Shown in pieces: positions 10,224 through 23,052 of a stretch of DNA of 64,000 nt. The DNA is taken from the NCBI GenBank assembly GCA_002690705.1, contig NZFO01000012.1, positions 53,230-117,229 on the forward strand, in the 5' to 3' direction. Each line of letters opens with the position of its first letter. Within the stretch, counting starts at the first letter, position 1. A program made the position numbers and the translations under genes. Below the pieces are notes generated by a model. That model was not told the origin of the DNA. It searched no databases and was given only the letters and a program-made list of their open reading frames with translations. This DNA comes from Magnetovibrio sp. (lineage in GTDB: Bacteria > Pseudomonadota > Alphaproteobacteria > Rhodospirillales > Casp-alpha2).

Positions 10224-10973
10224 ATGAAAGTTATAGTCGCCGTCAAGCGTGTTGTTGATTACAACGTAAAGATTCGCGTTAAACCGGACCATACCGGAGT
10301 TGAGACAACCAATGTAAAAATGTCTATGAACCCATTTGATGAAATCGCAGTTGAGGAGGCAATCCGCCTCCAAGAATCTGGTAAAGTTGAAGAGGTGATC
10401 GCAGTATCCTGTGGCATATCACAATGCCAAGAAACAATTCGAACTGCGTTAGCCATGGGTGCTGACAGGGGCATATTAGTCGAGTGTGACGTCGAACTCC
10501 AACCACTGGCGGTTGCAAAGCTGCTAAAGGCCATTGTACAAAATGAAAATCCGGAGATAGTAATCGTCGGCAAACAAGCGATTGACGACGACTCCAATCA
10601 AACTGGCCAAATGCTCGCAGCTCTTCTTGGTTGGTCGCAAGGCACTTTCGCGTCACAAATTGTTCTTGGTGAGGACTCAGCAAAAGTCACCCGCGAGGTA
10701 GATGGTGGACTAGAGACCGTTAATCTCAATATACCTGCAGTATTCACGACTGACCTGCGCCTAAACGAGCCGCGTTACGCCAGCCTGCCGAACATCATGA
10801 AGGCGAAGAAAAAACCAATAGATATTTTGACCCCAGAACAGTTAGGCGTTGATATAACACCCAGACTAACAACGTTACGAGTAAACGAGCCTCCCGTGCG
10901 CCAAGCTGGTGTTATGGTCGAAAGTGTAACCGAATTAGTCGACAAACTGAAAAACGAAGCAAAGGTAATTTAA
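10224..10973 (+). CDS. etfB: electron transfer flavoprotein beta subunit
   Basis: 249 aa. [19 protein letters not shown] and [18 protein letters not shown] are typical of EtfB. Its stop overlaps the etfA start. Confidence 0.95.
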   Translation: MKVIVAVKRVVDYNVKIRVKPDHTGVETTNVKMSMNPFDEIAVEEAIRLQESGKVEEVIAVSCGISQCQETIRTALAMGADRGILVECDVELQPLAVAKLLKAIVQNENPEIVIVGKQAIDDDSNQTGQMLAALLGWSQGTFASQIVLGEDSAKVTREVDGGLETVNLNIPAVFTTDLRLNEPRYASLPNIMKAKKKPIDILTPEQLGVDITPRLTTLRVNEPPVRQAGVMVESVTELVDKLKNEAKVI

Positions 10974-11911
10974 TGAGCATTCTGGTTCTTGCTGAACATG
11001 ACAATTCAGAATTAAAACCCGCAACTTTGAATACTGTCTCGGCTGCAAAAGAACTCGGGGACGTTACTATTTTAGTTGCTGGGAGCCTTTGTGGAGAGGT
11101 TGGCGAAGCAGCAGCAAGGGTAGAGGGTGTTGAAAAAGTTCTTGTTGCTGATGCTGAATTTTATGCTCATGCGTTAGCAGAAAACGTATCAGCGCTAATG
11201 GTTAGCCTTGGCGATAAGTATACGCATATGCTCGCCCCTGCAATGACATCCGGTAAAAATATCATGCCACGAGTTGCTGCTTTATTAGACGTGGCTCAGA
11301 TTTCTGATATTACCGCTATCAATGATTCTGCGACGTTTGAGCGCTCGATATACGCCGGTAACGCTATTGCAACTGTGCGGTCTGACGACCATATAAAAAT
11401 TATCACGGTCAGGACTACAGCCTTTGAACCAAGCAAAGCGGAGGGCGGAGGCGCTGCCATAGAAGTCATTTCTGCAATTGATGATGTTGGACTGTCAAGC
11501 TTTGTTGGGCAGGAACTCACCAAATCGGAACGACCAGAACTAACTAGTGCACCGATTATTATTTCGGGGGGCCGGGGAATGCAGTCCGGGGAAAACTTTC
11601 CCATGTTAGAAGAAATCGCCGATAAATTAGGCGCGGCTGTCGGTGCCAGTCGCGCAGCCGTAGACGCAGGCTTTGTTCCAAATGACTACCAAGTAGGCCA
11701 AACCGGTAAAGTAGTTGCACCTGATCTTTACATTGCGATAGGGATTTCTGGTGCAATCCAACATTTAGCCGGCATGAAAGACTCCAAGGTTATCGTAGCA
11801 ATCAATAAAGACGAAGAGGCCCCAATCTTTCAAGTAGCTGACTATGGTCTGGTCGATGATCTGTTCAATGCCGTACCTGAACTTTCAGCTGAACTTGAGA
11901 AGAGCCAATAA
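10973..11911 (+). CDS. etfA: electron transfer flavoprotein alpha subunit
   Basis: 312 aa with the FAD-binding C-terminus ([47 protein letters not shown]). Confidence 0.95.
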   Translation: MSILVLAEHDNSELKPATLNTVSAAKELGDVTILVAGSLCGEVGEAAARVEGVEKVLVADAEFYAHALAENVSALMVSLGDKYTHMLAPAMTSGKNIMPRVAALLDVAQISDITAINDSATFERSIYAGNAIATVRSDDHIKIITVRTTAFEPSKAEGGGAAIEVISAIDDVGLSSFVGQELTKSERPELTSAPIIISGGRGMQSGENFPMLEEIADKLGAAVGASRAAVDAGFVPNDYQVGQTGKVVAPDLYIAIGISGAIQHLAGMKDSKVIVAINKDEEAPIFQVADYGLVDDLFNAVPELSAELEKSQ

Positions 11912-11936
11912 AAAATAAAAACTAGGAATGTAATTT

Positions 11937-12812
11937 ATGAACATCCAAAACATAGGTGTTATTGGCAGCGGACAAATGGGCGGAGGGATCGCTCAGGTTT
12001 TCGCAGCAAAGGGTTTTCACGTATCCGTTTTGGATATTAATGATGAGGCCGTAGCTAAGGGTAAAATCCAGGTTGAAAAGAACCTAGCAAGAGACGTTGA
12101 GCGCGGCCGGCTCACGGCAGAAGGGCTTAAAGAGACTATGGCTCGGATATCTTGGAGTTCGGAATATTCGATTTTTTCCGGCAGTGATTTAGTCATAGAA
12201 GCCGCAACCGAGGACGAAGATATCAAAAAATCAATTTTACGTGAACTCTGCTCAGTTCTGCCCGATCACACATTGATTGCGTCAAACACATCTTCAATAT
12301 CCATTACTAGGCTAGCCGCACAGACGGACCGACCCGGCAAGTTCTGTGGAATGCACTTCATGAACCCGGTACCTCGCATGCAGCTTGTGGAGCTTATCCG
12401 AGGAATTGCAACGGATGAAACTACCTATCAGATCGTCCGAGAATTAACCGACAAGCTCAATAAAACCGCAGTTAATGCTGAAGACTTTCCAGCCTTTATC
12501 GTCAACCGTATTTTACTTCCAATGATCAATGAAGCCGTTTACACTCTTTATGAGGGTGTTGGGTCCGTTTCCGCAATAGATACAGCCATGAAACTAGGAA
12601 CCAACCACCCTATGGGCCCCCTCGAGCTTGCTGACTTTATTGGACTAGACACATGCTTAGCGGTAATGCATGTCTTGCACGAGGGACTGGCAGATACTAA
12701 ATATCGCCCGTGCCCACTTCTGGTAAAATATGTGGAAGCAGGTTGGTTAGGCCGCAAGACTAAGCGGGGCTTTTATGACTATTCTACCAATGAACCGGTT
12801 CCTACCCGTTAA
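11937..12812 (+). CDS. hbd: 3-hydroxybutyryl-CoA (3-hydroxyacyl-CoA) dehydrogenase
   Basis: 291 aa with the Rossmann motif IGVIGSGQMGGGIA, plus NTSSISIT, GMHFMNPVP and PMGPLELADFIGLD. Confidence 0.9.
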   Translation: MNIQNIGVIGSGQMGGGIAQVFAAKGFHVSVLDINDEAVAKGKIQVEKNLARDVERGRLTAEGLKETMARISWSSEYSIFSGSDLVIEAATEDEDIKKSILRELCSVLPDHTLIASNTSSISITRLAAQTDRPGKFCGMHFMNPVPRMQLVELIRGIATDETTYQIVRELTDKLNKTAVNAEDFPAFIVNRILLPMINEAVYTLYEGVGSVSAIDTAMKLGTNHPMGPLELADFIGLDTCLAVMHVLHEGLADTKYRPCPLLVKYVEAGWLGRKTKRGFYDYSTNEPVPTR

Positions 12813-13180
12813 ATTGACCCTGCCTTTATCAGTGCTAATAACCAGCCTTCACTGACACTCTGGTTCAGCGATTGCGGTAACTGAAAAGGAGTGTCACGTC
12901 AACAGTCAAGCCATGCTCTCAGCCATAGCAGAAAATCGGGTTCGTAGCCTTAAAGAAATACGTCGTCAATTGACAGGGGCTAGCCAAGTTCAACAAACGT
13001 CGTTGCAGGAGTTATAGGAACAAACATGGAGTTGGGAGGAACAAGAGCGCCGTCAAGCCAGTTTTTTCTTCCGAGACAGCATGCAATTCGTAAAAAAATA
13101 AAGATATCATTTTAGCCAATTTGCGCCTAACAGAATTTCAGCCTTCCTGAACCAACTGCGCTTTTTTATCAGTTTGCTCA

Positions 13181-14356
<1,176 letters not shown>

Positions 14357-14416
14357 TCAAGACTTATTTAGAATCAATAACTTAGGTGGGCCTATGAGGC
14401 TATATATTGAGATTAA

Positions 14417-15043
14417 TTAACTAATCGGACTCAATATCTTGCGGATTGGGGCAAATGATTTCCGATGCTCCGGCGTCGGACCAAGTGTTGACAAGGCATC
14501 GCGATGATAGGCTGTCCCATAGCCCGCATTGTGCGCCCATCCATACCCAGGATAAAGCTGATCGAGCTCGACCATACGCCGATCCCGTATTACTTTTGCA
14601 ACTATCGAAGCAGCCGCGATAGACAGGCTTAAGGAATCACCTCTAACTATCGCTTGAGCTTCGCAACTTAGGGGGGGCACTCGGTTCCCGTCAATTAATG
14701 CAAGATCAGGTGCAGGTTGATCCAGATTAAAAATCGCACCTTTCATTGCATTCATCGTTGCTTCCAAGATGTTGATCTTATCAATTTCATATACCTCGGC
14801 AATACCAACCCCAATCCGAGCACAGGACACTAAGCCCAAGAATAGTTCTTCACGTACTATGGTAGACAGTTTCTTGGAATCATCCAATTGGGCCCGCAAA
14901 CAATCTGGCAAAATTTTTGGGTTTATGACTACGGCACTCGCTACTACTGGTCCAGCCCATGGGCCACGCCCAGCCTCATCAACCCCGCATACGCACTGGC
15001 TCCCGTTTGCCAAAGCCTTTGCCTCAATCTCAAAATCAGGCAT
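14417..15043 (-). CDS. rnhB: ribonuclease HII
   Basis: Start reassigned to ATG at 15043 (MPDFEIEAKAL), 4 nt after the ptrB stop. Motifs: GVDEAGRGPWAGPV and DSKKL. Confidence 0.9.
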   Translation of the reverse strand: MPDFEIEAKALANGSQCVCGVDEAGRGPWAGPVVASAVVINPKILPDCLRAQLDDSKKLSTIVREELFLGLVSCARIGVGIAEVYEIDKINILEATMNAMKGAIFNLDQPAPDLALIDGNRVPPLSCEAQAIVRGDSLSLSIAAASIVAKVIRDRRMVELDQLYPGYGWAHNAGYGTAYHRDALSTLGPTPEHRKSFAPIRKILSPIS

Positions 15044-17135
15044 CACCGAACAACTGAAATGTATAACACAGGAAGGAGTACATTTCGGCTGTTTCATAAA
15101 GCCGTTTATAACGACCAGAAGCTCCACCATGGCCGGCCCCCATATGAGTTTTGAGACAAAGTATGTTTTTATCTATCTTTAATGCGCGTAACTTCGCCAC
15201 CCATTTTGCAGGCTCCCAATAAGTTACACGTGGGTCAGTCAATCCAGCAGTCACATAAATGTGCGGGTAAGCCTGCGCCGAAATATTGTCATAAGGCGAA
15301 TATCCTGCAATCCGTATGTACGATTCGGGATCCTCAATAGGGTTTCCCCATTCGGGCCATTCTGGTGGCGTCAATGGCAAGGTATCATCCAGCATCGTCG
15401 TCAATACGTCGACGAACGGTACATCAGCAATAATGGTGTTAAAAAGATCAGGTTTCATATTTGCAACAGCCCCCATAAGCATGCCGCCCGCGCTTCCTCC
15501 ATGTGCAGCAATACGACCACGACCCGTAAATTTCCTTGATATTAGAAATTCTGCAACTGTAATGAAATCTTTGAATGTATTTATCTTATTGACACCCCGA
15601 CCCCCCTGATACCAACTATAACCTCTCTCCATGCCGCCACGGATATGCGCAATAGCGTAAATAAAACCCCGATCAACTAGGCTTAAACGCGTCGTCGAAA
15701 ACCCTGCGGGCATGGATAAACCATAAGCGCCGTAACCATACAGTAACAATGGTGCACTGCCGTCAAGGACTGTATCTTTGTGATAGAGCAGACTTATCGG
15801 GACCCTAGCGCCATCCGAGGCAACTGCTTCAATTCGGCGAACAACATATTTTGACGGATCATGGCCAGATGGCACCGTTTGTTCTTTGCAAAGCACCCTC
15901 TCGCGACTATCCATGTTGTAATCAAAGGTCTGCTCCGGCGTTTTCATTGATGAGTAAATAAACCGCAGCATATTTGTGTCATATTCATAACACTTATCAA
16001 AACCCAAAGCATATGCTTCTTCATCAAAGGTAACGCTATGCTCTTCACCACTGAGCGTTTGAATGATTAAACGCGGACAGGCATCTCGGTGTTCTAATCG
16101 AACCCAATGTTTGGCAAAAACTTGGGTGTTTAAAATCAATCGACCAGGCTCATGGCTAACGAGGTCACGCCAATTCTCTCGATCGGGTGAGTGAAAGGGC
16201 GCTGAGACCACCTTGAAGTCTGCGGCACCTCCAATATTTGTGCGGATTAAAAACGCTCCATTCCAATCTGTTATGTCATATTCGATTCCAGTATCGCGGG
16301 GTTCAACACAACGCCAATTCCCGGCTGGGTTAGTTGCTTCAAGAATCCAAGCCTCTGACGTCTGGTGATCATGAGCCTTGATGACGAGGAATTTTTGACT
16401 CTCAGTTTTTGAAATTGTAATAAAAAATCCCGGGTCGCTCTCTTTATAGATTTCCACATCATCGGTCTCGTCGGTACCAAGTTCATGAAGTCGCACAGCG
16501 TACGGTCGATTATTTTTATCTAGGACCGTGTATAAAATCGTCAAACTATCTGCAGCCCACACTACCTCACCATGGACGTTACTAATGATGTCAGGCAGGT
16601 CCTCGCCTGTATCCATATCCCGGATCTTAAGAGTAAAAATTTCAGATCCATTACAATCCGCAGCATAAGCAAAATAACGATGGTCTGGACTATGCTTGCA
16701 GGCGACTAGCTTAAAATAAAAATTTCCCTCAGCTTCCCTATCACCATCTAATATCAAATGGTCTATTCCGCCCTCACGGAGACAGCGGTAGAACAACGGA
16801 TATTCCCCACCCATTCGAAAACGACGGGAGTATAACCATATACCGTCAGGTATTGGTACGGATGAGTCATTTGCTTTAATTCTCGTTTTCATCTCAGTAT
16901 AAAGAGCCTCTATTTGACTTTTTAGAGGTTTAAGAATTGCTGCGGTGTATTGGTTTTCCGCCTGCAGGTGCTCAATAATATCGGCGGTAAGTGTCTCAGG
17001 TTTCCGAATCACACGCTGCCAATTGGAATCACGAATCCACGCATAGTTGTCTGAGCGGGTAATCCCATGGTGAGTATCACTGATTGGTCGCTTTTCCGCC
17101 CACGGCGGAGTGGGACGCGAAATTTGATCAGACAT
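15036..17135 (-). CDS. ptrB: oligopeptidase B / S9A prolyl-oligopeptidase family serine protease
   Basis: 699 aa with an N-terminal propeller region, the catalytic Ser context AAHGGSAGGMLMGAV, and a C-terminal GLTDPRV...GHGG. Confidence 0.85.
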   Translation of the reverse strand: MSDQISRPTPPWAEKRPISDTHHGITRSDNYAWIRDSNWQRVIRKPETLTADIIEHLQAENQYTAAILKPLKSQIEALYTEMKTRIKANDSSVPIPDGIWLYSRRFRMGGEYPLFYRCLREGGIDHLILDGDREAEGNFYFKLVACKHSPDHRYFAYAADCNGSEIFTLKIRDMDTGEDLPDIISNVHGEVVWAADSLTILYTVLDKNNRPYAVRLHELGTDETDDVEIYKESDPGFFITISKTESQKFLVIKAHDHQTSEAWILEATNPAGNWRCVEPRDTGIEYDITDWNGAFLIRTNIGGAADFKVVSAPFHSPDRENWRDLVSHEPGRLILNTQVFAKHWVRLEHRDACPRLIIQTLSGEEHSVTFDEEAYALGFDKCYEYDTNMLRFIYSSMKTPEQTFDYNMDSRERVLCKEQTVPSGHDPSKYVVRRIEAVASDGARVPISLLYHKDTVLDGSAPLLLYGYGAYGLSMPAGFSTTRLSLVDRGFIYAIAHIRGGMERGYSWYQGGRGVNKINTFKDFITVAEFLISRKFTGRGRIAAHGGSAGGMLMGAVANMKPDLFNTIIADVPFVDVLTTMLDDTLPLTPPEWPEWGNPIEDPESYIRIAGYSPYDNISAQAYPHIYVTAGLTDPRVTYWEPAKWVAKLRALKIDKNILCLKTHMGAGHGGASGRYKRLYETAEMYSFLCYTFQLFGDA

Positions 17136-17138
17136 TTT

Positions 17139-18350
17139 TCAAGGCTCCAAAACGCAACGCACCAAATATTTTATCTCGGACCGCACCGGTCCATTGTTTG
17201 GCGGATCTGCAAGCGTGGTTAGCCATTTAACCGAGACATGCCTTCCAAGACGGTGGTCCCACACAACATGCCGAAGACATGCCTCAGCCGCAATGGGTAA
17301 GCGAGCAGGAATATTAAAATCGTTAAGGACTGCCCAAATTCCAGCCCAACAACGACCGACAGCATAGGGATTATAACCGCCACCACCAGTCACAATCAAT
17401 TTAGGTGCAACCAATCGCATCTTATCAATCGCCGACCATAGCGCCCGATTGCTTAAGGATAATTTACTCTGTGGATCATCAGCTAGTGCGTCACATCCTG
17501 CTTGAACATAAACAGCGTCACAACTGAACTGATGAGCCAGGGGCAGGACAGCGTTTTCCATAATATAGGTGAGCTCCATGTCATTGAAGCCCGCAGGGAC
17601 AGGCAGGTTACGTGCCCAACCACCCGCGCGATCCTCTACTCCACCTGGACCTCGCACGAGCTTAATATCATTGTAATGACGTTTCATTGGCCACCGCCCC
17701 CCTTCATGAATTGAAACAGTCATCACGCGCTCATCATTAGCGAAAGCAGCTTGGACCCCATCTCCATGATGGGCGTCAAGATCGAGATAGAACACCCGTT
17801 TTGCGCCAAGGTCTAATAAGTTTAGGATCGTAAGCACGGGCTCGTTAAAATAACAAAACCCACTTGCGCGGCCTGCAAAAGCGTGGTGTTGCCCCCCACC
17901 TGGCGAGTAAATTACTCTCGTCATATTCTTCGCTAAAAGCTGGGCAGCCAGCATCCCGCCGCCACAGGCGGTCGCTGAACGCCAGAACATACCGTCGAAC
18001 AATGGATTGCCATTAACTCCAAGATGGTGTCGCCACTTTACATCCTCCGGCACCTTTCCAGTTTTTTCCGCAGCCTCAACAGCAGCCACGTAAGCCGGTT
18101 CATGAAAACGTGTCAATTGGCTCTTTGTCGCGCATGGACTATCAATAAAATTTCCGTTATTCAACCAACCGTTAGCTTGACAAATATCCATCGCCAACGC
18201 GACGCGAGGGATTGCCAACGGGTGGCGGGACCCATGAGAAGTCGCTCTATAGGCCTCACTACAGATAAATCGGGGCTTGAGATTCGTTCTATTACCTCGT
18301 GCACCGTTTTCAGCAGATGCGATTTCCCTATGTGACAAGGACTGCGGCAT
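17139..18350 (-). CDS. histone deacetylase-family amidohydrolase (AcuC/acetoin-utilisation type)
   Basis: 403 aa with GGGQHHA, the metal site DLDAHHGDG, and GGGGYNP. Confidence 0.85.
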   Translation of the reverse strand: MPQSLSHREIASAENGARGNRTNLKPRFICSEAYRATSHGSRHPLAIPRVALAMDICQANGWLNNGNFIDSPCATKSQLTRFHEPAYVAAVEAAEKTGKVPEDVKWRHHLGVNGNPLFDGMFWRSATACGGGMLAAQLLAKNMTRVIYSPGGGQHHAFAGRASGFCYFNEPVLTILNLLDLGAKRVFYLDLDAHHGDGVQAAFANDERVMTVSIHEGGRWPMKRHYNDIKLVRGPGGVEDRAGGWARNLPVPAGFNDMELTYIMENAVLPLAHQFSCDAVYVQAGCDALADDPQSKLSLSNRALWSAIDKMRLVAPKLIVTGGGGYNPYAVGRCWAGIWAVLNDFNIPARLPIAAEACLRHVVWDHRLGRHVSVKWLTTLADPPNNGPVRSEIKYLVRCVLEP

Positions 18351-18446
18351 AATTTAAACTTAGGGTCCCTAAGGCGTTTGGCCAAGTCAATTAAATGCGG
18401 TCGATAATCACCGCCGAGTTTTTTCTGATTAAAGGTCGATATCTTC

Positions 18447-19355
18447 GTGTTTGAAATCTGGATTCCAATTACAATCGCTGGTGCATTTTTCCAAAACCTG
18501 CGCTCTGTATTACAAAAATATTTAAAGGACCGACTATCAACTGGCGGAGCGACCTACGTTCGCTTCATTTACGCTTTGCCACTAGCACTCGCTTACTGCT
18601 GGGGGCTTAAACTTCTGGGCGGATACGAGTGGCCTCAATGGAATTGGGTCTTTTTACTGTATTGTTTACTTGGTGGCACCGCGCAAATTCTATTTACTTT
18701 TTTTCTCATCTATCTGTTTTCATTTAAGAATTTTGCCGTTGGAACAACTTTGTCGAAAACTGAGATCATTCAAATCGCACTTTTGGGCCTCATCTTACTT
18801 GGCGACACTCTATCCCTCTGGGCATCAATCGCCATCGGCTTTAGTTTAATAGGGGTCATGGCCTTATCATTGGTCCAAAGTCAAATTACATTGGCTAATT
18901 TGGTCAAAGGCCTAAAAGAAAGATCAACTTTGATTGGATTGATTTGTGGTGCATTTTTAGGCGCATCAGTAGTATTTTTCAGAGGGGCGGGCCTCTCCTT
19001 GGGTGAAGGACCCGCAGAGATGCGTGCAGCTTTTGCGTTAGCGGTCTCATTGGTCATGCAGACGTTGATAATGGGACTCTATTTGAGGCTGTGCGAGCCA
19101 GGTGAATTGAGCAAATGTGCGCGTAATTGGGCGCCCGCACTATCTGTGGGCGTTTCGGGTGTGCTAGCTTCTATTTGTTGGTTCACAGCTTTTACCATGC
19201 AAAATGCTTCTTACGTGCGTGCCCTAGGTCAGATCGAACTGGTTTTTACTTTTATCGCTTCGGTTTTGTTTTTTAAGGAAAAAACATCGCCCATGGAATA
19301 CCTCGGGATTGCGCTAATTGTATCGGGGATCCTAATATTAATATTACTTAGGTAA
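18447..19355 (+). CDS. DMT-superfamily (EamA-like) membrane protein
   Basis: 302 aa with about 10 predicted TM helices in a two-fold repeat architecture. Functional assignment is weak. Confidence 0.55.
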   Translation: MFEIWIPITIAGAFFQNLRSVLQKYLKDRLSTGGATYVRFIYALPLALAYCWGLKLLGGYEWPQWNWVFLLYCLLGGTAQILFTFFLIYLFSFKNFAVGTTLSKTEIIQIALLGLILLGDTLSLWASIAIGFSLIGVMALSLVQSQITLANLVKGLKERSTLIGLICGAFLGASVVFFRGAGLSLGEGPAEMRAAFALAVSLVMQTLIMGLYLRLCEPGELSKCARNWAPALSVGVSGVLASICWFTAFTMQNASYVRALGQIELVFTFIASVLFFKEKTSPMEYLGIALIVSGILILILLR

Positions 19356-19424
19356 GAACCAATTGGGCTTCCATTCTGATTGGAAATATCCGAAAGCTAA
19401 AATGTACTTAATGAAAATGAGATC

Positions 19425-20405
19425 ATGATCAACACGAAGACTGCTATTAGCAACTGCTTAACCGATGCAATATTCGATGAATTGCCGGGGCATTTTACTG
19501 GCAAAGTTCGCGAATCATATAATTTAAGAGATGGGCGCCGGGTCATGATTGCAACAGATCGTCAATCCGCCTTCGACTATGTGTTGGCCGCGGTGCCACA
19601 TAAAGGACAAGTGCTCAATCAAACAGCAACGTTCTGGTTTGAAAAAACCTCTGATATCTGTGCTAACCATTTACTGGAAATCCCAGACCCCAACGTGGTT
19701 ATCGTAAAAAATTTAAATATGTTACCTCTAGAAATGGTCGTACGGGCCTACATGACGGGTTCTACAGAAACGTCAATCTGGCAAATGTATAATCGTGGGA
19801 ACCGAGAAATGTACGGACTTAATTTTCCAGATGGGATGGTTAAAAACCAAAAGCTAACAAAGACTATTCTTACTCCGACGACTAAAGGTGATGCCGGGAA
19901 CCATGATACTCCTATAACGCCGACTGAAATAATTAAGCGTGAAATACTTACGCCAGCTCAATGGGATGAATTAGTGGAGCTATCCCTTGCTCTCTTTGCT
20001 CGCGGTCAAGATATTGCAAAAGCTAATGGCTTAATCCTTGTGGACACAAAGTATGAGTTTGGATTGGATACTAATGGTCGTTTTACACTGGCAGATGAGA
20101 TTCATACACCTGACTCAAGCAGGTATTGGATAGCTGACACCTATGAGCGCAACCTAAAAGCCAGAGCGAACCCAGACAGCCTAGACAAGGAATTCCTTAG
20201 ATTATGGATTACTTCGCGCTGTGATCCATATAATGAACCAATCCCAGATATTCCTGATGATACGATAATGACATTCGCGCATAAATATATCCAACTCTAT
20301 GAACGGGTGACGGGGGAACAATTTCTACGTGCACCAATGGACCGACCCGTGAAGGAGCGGATTCGTGAAAACCTTGCAAAAACATTAACTGAATATTTTT
20401 TCTAA
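19425..20405 (+). CDS. purC: phosphoribosylaminoimidazole-succinocarboxamide (SAICAR) synthase, long form
   Basis: 326 aa with GKVRESY, ATDRQSAFD and LILVDTKYEFG. Confidence 0.9.
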   Translation: MINTKTAISNCLTDAIFDELPGHFTGKVRESYNLRDGRRVMIATDRQSAFDYVLAAVPHKGQVLNQTATFWFEKTSDICANHLLEIPDPNVVIVKNLNMLPLEMVVRAYMTGSTETSIWQMYNRGNREMYGLNFPDGMVKNQKLTKTILTPTTKGDAGNHDTPITPTEIIKREILTPAQWDELVELSLALFARGQDIAKANGLILVDTKYEFGLDTNGRFTLADEIHTPDSSRYWIADTYERNLKARANPDSLDKEFLRLWITSRCDPYNEPIPDIPDDTIMTFAHKYIQLYERVTGEQFLRAPMDRPVKERIRENLAKTLTEYFF

Positions 20406-20466
20406 ACACCACTTTCTTACATCGAGATCCAGTGTGATTAAGTGGGATTTAACTACCCCAGACCGT

Positions 20467-22104
20467 TCATAAATCAAAGGAAGTGCGCTCATCCGCATCT
20501 AGCTGAGAAACAAGACCGATTTCCCATTCCAAGTACTGTCGCATATGTTTCTTGTTACCCATATGCCGCTGCCCAGTAAAGAAGAGATAATCTTTACATT
20601 CGCGGTCAGCGGGTTCATCAGGGGACCGCTGTATATCACTCTGCGCGCTCACCCATGCATTTAGGCCACCAGAAAGAAGACACACAGAGCGACAACCCAA
20701 GCTATCAGCTTCTCGGGCGAATAGCCGTGCCGCCAGATTATTATCACTTACAACCACAAGATCTTTATCTTTTATAATTGCTACTTGATGAGGTAAGTTT
20801 GCCCGAAGCACCCAATACGCATCGGGAATATGCCCTTCCCGGTATGATTGGAAAGACCGAATATCGATAACTACAACATCTTTATTCTTTAAACTTAGGG
20901 CTAGTTGCTTCTCTGAAATCTCAGGTAAGTTCGGCGCAATATCAGCACTAAGGTACGGGTTAACGGAACCCATTTCTGTCGCGTCCGCCCCCACACCACC
21001 CCTTAAAACGTGGGCATCGCGACCCATTCGGCGCAACCAATGCGCTACCATTATGGCACGAACTTCGTTATCATCACAAACAACGATGCGCGCGCCATGG
21101 ACCCCAACATAGATATCTGTTGCCTGAACCAACTGCCCTCCTGGCGCATGAACTGCGCCCGGCAGATGACCTGACTCAAATTCTATGCTGGACCGCACAT
21201 CAATCACGTAGGTAGTGCGTCTCAAATCTAACTGCCATTTACGAACAGACTCTATATTCACAAATGGGATGGACCGCTTCTCTGCAAGAACTCTAGCACG
21301 CAACTTCGCGCTGGCTAGACTATCATCATTTATAATATTCGGTGCAAATCGATCCGCCCCTCGTTCCAATTCAAGATCAAACAACGCCCAGCCTTGGGTG
21401 CCATTCTCAAGAGCTACTACTTTATTTTTGATACCAAAATCGATTAGAGTTTGCGCGCCTATAATAGACCGCGTTCGACCCGCACAATTTATTACCACCG
21501 TTTTATTCGGATCATCGACTATTGCATCAAACCTGAGAGGTAATTCTGCATTAGGACACGAAATACCACCCGGGATATTAAAATTTTGAAACTCCTCGGG
21601 TGTCCGTCCGTCAAGAATTATAACATTATCCCCACGGTCCTGCATGACCTTTAAATCACCTGCAGTGATAGTGGGAGTGTTGTATACAAGCTCCACTAAT
21701 TCGCCAAATGTTTTAGATGGCAAATTAACGCCTTGATAAAGTGTAAAACCAGCTGCTTCCCAAGCTGGTGCACCACCATCAAGGATCTGCAAATTTGTAT
21801 ATCCTAGCTGCTTCAAGGCTTGGGCAGCCCGTTCAGAGAGACCGTCATCATCATCAATAAAAACAACCGGCACACTATTTTGAGGAACCAACCGCGGAGC
21901 AATAGCTTCTAAGAGACTGTAGGGGCAAGAAACCGCAAAAAACGGGTGTCCCATTCCGTATTGGCCATGCTCACGAATATCTAGGAGTGCTAATTCCCTT
22001 TGACCACGCTGCGCATCGTAAATGTTCCTCTTGAGGGTTCCCGCGTTAATCTTAGTTGTCATGATCTTTCTAAATTCCCCCATGGTTTGAAAATTTGCTA
22101 TCAC
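20467..22104 (-). CDS. multi-rhodanese-domain sulfurtransferase-like protein
   Basis: 545 aa with four rhodanese-like repeats and candidate active-site loops (INCAGRTRS, CDDNEVRA). GTG start overlaps the stop of the upstream pseudogene (GTGA). Confidence 0.75.
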   Translation of the reverse strand: MIANFQTMGEFRKIMTTKINAGTLKRNIYDAQRGQRELALLDIREHGQYGMGHPFFAVSCPYSLLEAIAPRLVPQNSVPVVFIDDDDGLSERAAQALKQLGYTNLQILDGGAPAWEAAGFTLYQGVNLPSKTFGELVELVYNTPTITAGDLKVMQDRGDNVIILDGRTPEEFQNFNIPGGISCPNAELPLRFDAIVDDPNKTVVINCAGRTRSIIGAQTLIDFGIKNKVVALENGTQGWALFDLELERGADRFAPNIINDDSLASAKLRARVLAEKRSIPFVNIESVRKWQLDLRRTTYVIDVRSSIEFESGHLPGAVHAPGGQLVQATDIYVGVHGARIVVCDDNEVRAIMVAHWLRRMGRDAHVLRGGVGADATEMGSVNPYLSADIAPNLPEISEKQLALSLKNKDVVVIDIRSFQSYREGHIPDAYWVLRANLPHQVAIIKDKDLVVVSDNNLAARLFAREADSLGCRSVCLLSGGLNAWVSAQSDIQRSPDEPADRECKDYLFFTGQRHMGNKKHMRQYLEWEIGLVSQLDADERTSFDL

Positions 22105-22600
22105 TTCACCTGAAAGCCATACGCGTAAGGATCCCGGCTATCAATTAAAATTTTCTCCCTACCTTCAATATAGGGCCAGCCCTCCGTGAACGGAACAATC
22201 GCGTTAAAATTACCAACCATAGCAGTCTGCTCTACCCGTCCTTTGAATAAGCGTGAGACGATACTTTCGTGTATAAAATTATCGCCAACCCGTAACTCTC
22301 CCCCAGCACCTAATTGTGCCATTCGCGCCAAGGTGCCAGTGCCACAGGGGGATCGGTCGATTACTTTATCACCATATAGAACAGCTTTATAATATGAGAC
22401 AAACCCCGGATATCAGGTTTTTCAGGATGTTCTAATGTGTGCGCGGCGTTGAGGCTTTCGCGAATAACCGGAGACCGTATCTGATTTTGTTGAGCGCTCA
22501 AATAAGCCATATCGCGAAAATACTCTTGAGGTTCAATGACGGTTGCAAACCACAACACCAATCCGCCATGAAATAATTCCTCTGGGGAGATCAAATGCTG
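22101..22600 (-). pseudogene. proline racemase / hydroxyproline epimerase-family gene, frameshifted and N-terminally decayed
   Basis: Two track ORFs (22361..22594, 22101..22331) plus hand translation give ...HPEKPDIRGLSHII | frameshift near 22385-22395 | AVLYGDKVIDRSPCGTGTLARMAQLGAGGEL...DPYAYGFQVK. Only about 165 of the ~330 codons expected are recognisable. Upstream 22600-23050 has no long ORF. Confidence 0.7.
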
Positions 22601-23052
22601 TTTTGGAGGTCCCCGCTGGTATGGGACTGCCCTAAAACCAATCTACACGAAATTGTGTGGGGTCAACATTTATAGGATATTAAGCAACAACCTAGCAATT
22701 ATTAGCCTTTTTGTCGCACTCCCAATCAACCTTAAATGCCCGTGAACAAATGCGCAAAAATAATTGAATGACTAGGCTATTGACCAATAACTGATAGTGA
22801 GCCCGGGGTCGCAGCAATTACCCCGTCCACATTTGTTCTGCAGGTTTTCTTAAGTCGTTTCAGTAATGCCTCGCCAAATTTACCAAAATTTAATTACGTT
22901 TAAGGTTGATAGGCGCTTCAAGGCCTTCCAACCGAGGGCAGTTTTAACATACAAATTCAATTTGCCTCTATTGGAATTAATTACCAATAAGGTATGAGAT
23001 ATCATCGGTGCAGAACTCAACCTTTTATTATGCAGTTTAAGTCAAAAACGCT